From Malacoraja senta (taxonomy: Eukaryota): a stretch of DNA of 64,000 bases. The position numbers and the translations under genes are program-made. Positions 59,061-64,000 of this stretch are shown one piece after another. Numbering within the stretch: position 1 is the stretch's first letter; each line of letters begins with the position of its first letter. Under the pieces are notes generated by a model, which worked only from the letters and a program-made list of their open reading frames with translations, did not search any database and had not been told where the DNA came from. The stretch spans positions 14,758,001 through 14,822,000 of the forward strand of contig CM075988.1 in NCBI GenBank assembly GCA_038087875.1. Direction: 5' to 3'.

Positions 59061-60068
59061 TTTAGTTTAGTTTAGTGATAGAGCGTGGAATCAGGCCCTT
59101 CAGCCCACTGAGTCCACTCCGACCAGCGATCCCCATAAACGAACACTATCTTACACACACGAGACACAATTTACAATTATACCATGCCAATTAACCCACA
59201 AATTTGTATGTCTTGGGAGTGTGGGAGGAAACCAGAGATCCCGAAGAAAATCCACACAGGTCACGGGGAGAACGTACAAACTCTATACAGACAATGTAAA
59301 TTCCGGTTCTAGACTTACCCCCTTAGTCTGGTTTAGTCAAACACTAAGTCAAACTCTGGTTCCAAAACCTTACTTTATTGAAGAACAAACTGCAGGGATG
59401 GTTGCTGATCCACCCGCGCAAGACAACAATATCTCTTGCAAACAGAACAGAAGTCACATTCAACCGACACACCCCAAAGAATTACACACCATCTTATACC
59501 CTTCCAAACTAAGGGCATGACATTCCTTGAGGGAGGCATCCCCTACAAACCATATTAATTATAACAGTACATAATTGACAGTTCCCTAACCCAATAACAT
59601 AATCTTATATACATTGTATTAGAAAGTTGCTTCTAGAAGGAAGCAAACATAGCAACATGTGCCCTGAGACTCAGACAGTTCCTCCAAGGCTCAACAGTTT
59701 GACCAATCATCAATTAACAAGATGACCATCTCGCAACATTATTTATACTATGTATATCTGGTTTGCAGTGACCCAATCAGTTCCATGCAATTTACACCTT
59801 ATTGTAAGAATCTGCAGATGTCCCATTCTTTCCCTGCAGCTCTTATCTAGGCCACAGACAAACTGGCACCGTTCAGCAGCTTGTCCCAGTCCTGCAAAAG
59901 CACATTTAACCTGACCAAAATGGCCTAGCAGCACAGAAGCCTTTACTCAATTTTAATGTCCTGGCAGCTCCAATTTGGCCAGGATCAACAACAGCACCCG
60001 TAGTCAGGATCGGAGCCAGGTCCCCGACGCTGTAAGGCAGCCATTCAACCGCTGTGCCAACGTGCTGC
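59061..60068 (-). mobile_element. HE1-like SINE split in two (59061-59294 and 59991-60068) by a ~700-bp insert
   Basis: ...aaactctatacagacaa and acagcacccgtagtcaggatcgg rejoin to the sequence seen in the other copies. Confidence 0.8.
59295..59990 (-). mobile_element. Probable solo LTR (696 bp)
   Basis: TGT...ACA termini and 4-bp flanks acaa/acag. Minus strand has AATAAA at 59374-59379 and a TATA-like GGTATAAG near 59493-59500. Confidence 0.7.
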
Positions 60069-60837
60069 CATTTTGTTGTTACGGCAAGCAACTTGCAAAT
60101 GCTGACAAGATGTAAGATTGGGGTAAACACAAGGACTATAAATTATTTTAAGAATTTATTTGAAGGCCGTGTTTTTGGTCAAATTGAATTGAAAAAGCAA
60201 AAATCATAAATAACTTTTAGCGGTGTTTGGATGAGCAGTTAATTTTTCCTAGATAATAAGCCTGAATCAGCAATGACACACAAATTAGGAAGAACTATAA
60301 CATTTCATAAGCACAACTTGCTAAATTGGACAATTAGATCTGAGCGTATAATTCACAAGGAACCAAATTCAGCAAGATGCAAATTCTTGCACAAGGCAAA
60401 CAGGAACATCATGAGAAAGCCAGATTAAATTGGTTCTAAATCAAAGGTGATCCATAATGGCTGTAGAATATATCATGCATCTGTTACCATATTGTTTGCT
60501 CCATGAACACAAATTGGTCAGAATTATAACTACTGTTCTTTTTTTTCTCTTCCCTCAATTATACCTTCATTATAGTTGATACATGTCTCGTTGCTGTTGT
60601 TTACAGCACCATTCGTCCTCATAGCCCTGTTACTAGTAGGATGTTATCTTCGGAGCAACAACTAACGTTCATCAGAGGGTTTGCAATGCGAACCCAATGG
60701 CAGGTCTCCAACAGAATAAAGATGAGGCGATCAGATGGATTAAAGGAAGAGAACTTCCCTTGTACTTCAGGTATGAAACAGCCTTTAACCTCGTCCAAAA
60801 ACCATCTTCAGAATTATTTGCACCATTTGACAACAGC

Positions 60838-61133
60838 AGCACCGTGGGACAGCGGTAGAATTGCTGCCTTACAGCGCCAGAGACCCGGGTTCAATCCTGA
60901 CTACGGGTGCTGTCTGTATGGCGTTTGTTCTCCACGTGACCACATGGGTTTTCCCCAGGTGCTCCGGTTTCCTCCTACACAAAGATGTACAGGTTTGTAG
61001 GTTAATTGGCTTTGGTAAAAATGATAAATTGTCCTTAGTGTGTAGGATAGTGCTAATGTATGGGGATCGCTAGTCGGCGCGGACTCAGTGGGTTGAAAGG
61101 CCTGCTTTTGTGCGGTATCTCTAGACTAAACTG
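60838..61133 (+). mobile_element. HE1-like SINE
   Basis: B-box gggttcaatcc, V-domain ggtgctccggtttcctcc, tail tatctctagactaaactgaac. Confidence 0.85.
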
Positions 61134-61689
61134 AACAGTTCAGCAAGGAACTTGTTTAAGAGTTACGTTGCCTCTTAAAGCTTAACCACAGAAAATGTTG
61201 TTACAACTGAGCCAGTTCTGTAAATATCAATTACTTAGCGAACTTATATAGCCAGATCCTTCTAAGCAAGCACTGGAAGCATTTGCCAAATCACTCATCA
61301 GTTTACCAGTGCATGAAACAATGGAAAGAAATATGTTTAGAGAGGTAGCACGTCATTCATGGACTTAGTGATAACTAACCCATTGTTTGAATAATCAAAT
61401 GCATCAGATTGATGTACACAGGATATTTACTGCAGCCCCATTGAATCGTGAAATTGTTAGACAGGCAAAAATCAAACAACTAATCTCAGGCTCCCACTGT
61501 AGTTATCAGCATTGCCTTTAAAGTTACACTTCTTTCATCATTTATTTTTGGGGGGGGGGGTGACGGCATTGCTGATAAGGTAAGCATTTTTACCCGTTCC
61601 AAGTGCCCTTGAGAAGGTGGAGGAGAGTCCTCCCCATGAACCATTGCTGTCCTATTGGTGAAGGCTTTCTTATTGTGCTAATAATATTT

Positions 61690-61865
61690 GAAAACACTGG
61701 AAAAAAAACAGCAGATTGGCCAACATCTGTGGAAGGAGATGACATTTCAGGTTGGAGAACTTCATCAGAAGGAAGAACCTTTGCTTTCCACACACCTGTC
61801 TGACCTGTTGAGTGTTTCTGACATACTCTGTTTTTATTTCAAATTTCCAGCATCTGCAGTTTTTT
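61690..61865. repeat. Older Penelope-derived fold-back remnant
   Basis: Minus strand 61741-61768 reads CTGATGAagttctccaacctGAAAtgtc; right arm tgacctgttgagtgtttc...ccagcatctgcag. Confidence 0.55.
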
Positions 61866-61912
61866 CCTATTACAAATAAAAAGCACAACCCTTTAAGAAC
61901 TAATATAGGACA

Positions 61913-63036
61913 CAGGGACGTGCGGTCAGGGGAGGCAGGGGAGGCAGAGCCTCACCTGTCATACTCCCAATGAAAATAGCAGTTAAGAAAAGTACTGAAA
62001 AATAATAATAAAATAAAATAAATATAAAGATGTTTCCACTGATCTGCGTTATAAATGTCATTTCTATATGAATCCAATCATTTTTTATAGTCGAAATCGC
62101 CAAATTTGCGCAGCTCAGCAGCAAATACAGGGAGAGATGGGAGGTGAGGCAGCGACGAGCTGAGCCTCCCCTCTGATTGTGCAACCCCTCAGAAACTGAA
62201 TGAAGCGTGGGCAATAAGCGTGTGCCTGTTACTATCTCTATGTATGTCACCAATGTAATGTATGTAAACCTCTTCATTACATGTCCTCACCTTCCATAGT
62301 CCAGGTAACTTATTTCACATATAAATATATTAAATTTGTGCTCGCTGGTCTCATCATAAAACTGCAATGGAAAAGCTCCAGGGGAGGCAGCGATCATGTC
62401 TGCCTCACAAGGGGGCGTGTCTTAAGCCCAGTGGAGGAAGAACGAGCGTCAATTACGTAAGCTCAGCTCACGTAATTGACGCGGCCTCGCTCTCCCTCCA
62501 TGCTAGATAGCTTCAGCAGCGGCGACGCTGACTGGTAGGTTGATTCCAAAGATACTCCTCTAGTATCTTTGGTTGATTCGTTGATTTGTAGCGGCCGATT
62601 CGGAGGCTCTGGGCCGCTGAGAGCTCCCAATTGGGCCCCACGCTGGAGTAATCTACTCTCGGCTCGGGACCCCGGCATCCACTCCCACCGCCGGCCCTCT
62701 CCCTCCCTTCTCTCCTTCCCTTCCCTCCCTCCCTTCGCTCCTTCCATCCCTCCTTCCTCTCGTTATTTTCCCTTCTCTCCTTCCCTCCCTTCTTTCTCTC
62801 CTTCCCCCCCTCCTTTCTCTACTTCCCTCCCTCCCTTCCTCCCTTCTGTCCCTCCCTCCCTCCCTTCCTCCCTTCTCTCCTTTCCTCCCAGACACTTCAC
62901 GCACAGACAACTAACACACACATATCACGCGCAGACAACTAACACACACACAACTAAAACACACACACACACAACTAAGTTAGGATGGGGTAGAAGCCAG
63001 TGCCTCCCCAGTGATTGACCTCACCGCACGTCACTG
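61913..63036. mobile_element. Non-autonomous hAT DNA transposon (1124 bp) with perfect 8-bp TSD
   Basis: TIR cagggacgtgcggtcagg and cctcaccgcacgtcactg (16 of 18 match). ataggaca at 61905-61912 and 63037-63044. Repeated gaggcag motifs; internal CT-rich and CA-rich simple repeats. Confidence 0.9.
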
Positions 63037-63305
63037 ATAGGACATAGATTTGAGAGGGGGAGGGGATTTAATAGTAACCTGTGGAGCAATTTTTTTAAAC
63101 AAAGGGTGGTGGGTATGTAGAATGAGCTGAAGGAGGAGGTAGTTAAGGCAGGTACTATCACAATGTTTAAGAAACATTTGGATAATATAGGTTTAGAGGA
63201 ATATGGGCCAAACACAGGCAGGCAGGACCAGTGTAGATGGGGATGATGGTCGGCGTGGGCAAGTTGAGCTGGAGGACCTGTTTCCATGCTGTTTGACATT
63301 ATGAT
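63037..63305 (+). mobile_element. CR1 3' fragment (target of the hAT insertion)
   Basis: ggacatagatttgagagggg...caaagggtggtgggtatgt...gacctgtttccatgctg. Confidence 0.75.
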
Positions 63306-64000
63306 TCTAATATTATAGCAACTTATCCCATTCATCCATTGCACCTTCTGCACTTACTGATGGAGCTCAAATAATGAGTCACTGAGCTTGCTACATCCGG
63401 CAAAGTCAGCATCCCTCTCTGGTGCTCAGTGGATTGCCGAGGCACAGTAATATCATCTCAATGTTGCCAGCATTAGTGACCAGTCCAACCATTAGCACTT
63501 AATACAATTAGAAAGATCAGTCCTGGTATGTTATACTTTGTAAGATTAAAGGGCATTTTAAGAAGCCTTCGAAAAGTAATGAATAATGAGAAGAATGCAT
63601 CCATACATCCTAAAAGAGTTTTTCACAAAATGTTTTAGATTCAAAATTCTAAACTTCAATCTAAATCTGAAAGAAATTAATATCTTGTAAGTTTAAATTT
63701 CCTTAATTGGCATTGACTGAAAGAATTGTGTTCATAAAGTATACAAACAATGTTTCTCCTGAAAATAGGAGAGTAATTTTTCACGACGCAAAAAAAACAT
63801 AAAGAGGATTTGATCAAAATGGTATGATGGTGCTCTGAAAAATATCACCATTGAACTTTGAACTATTGGTCAGAATGATGAATTAGACAGAGAGGGGTTG
63901 GTTTGCAGCTCAGTGAACCTTCTCTAATGGCCTGAAACACTTTGGGTTTAAGAAACAGCAAAGTTGCTGAGTGTAATATTATCTTGTAGGGCTGCACAAT

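Noticed and set aside
60607..60770. Possible plus-strand exon (tttacag...tcag/gtatga) with one open frame
   Set aside because: No recognisable protein similarity or supporting neighbours; would need RNA-seq.

Overview
Eukaryotic, AT-rich, repeat-dominated window, probably a large intron or intergenic DNA. The repeat complement (HE1-type tRNA SINEs, CR1, Penelope-derived repeats) points to a cartilaginous fish, probably a skate or ray (inference). I could not support any host protein-coding exon. Main contents: (1) an L1 LINE on the minus strand (2443-7978) with intact 5' end and ORF1 but no 3' end, still flanked by a 7-bp direct repeat; (2) an intact Mag-like Gypsy LTR retrotransposon (13409-18126) with identical 203-bp LTRs, a 5-bp target-site duplication (TSD) and one open gag-pol frame; (3) two young CR1 copies, one 5'-truncated and one internally deleted and nested inside a Harbinger MITE; (4) three PIF/Harbinger derivatives with TWA TSDs, one hAT non-autonomous element with an 8-bp TSD, and a hidden solo LTR splitting a SINE; (5) a ~1.4-kb (CCT)n tract; (6) many SINE, CR1, RTE, Tx1, Rex and Penelope remnants. 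The most interesting signals concern RNA structure and mechanism: fold-back Penelope-derived mini-elements with a minimal hammerhead core and 12-14 bp TSDs, a candidate HDV-like ribozyme fold in an RTE 5'UTR, the TSD-flanked 3'-truncated L1, and an unassigned long inverted repeat. All calls were made by eye, and boundaries of old remnants are approximate.
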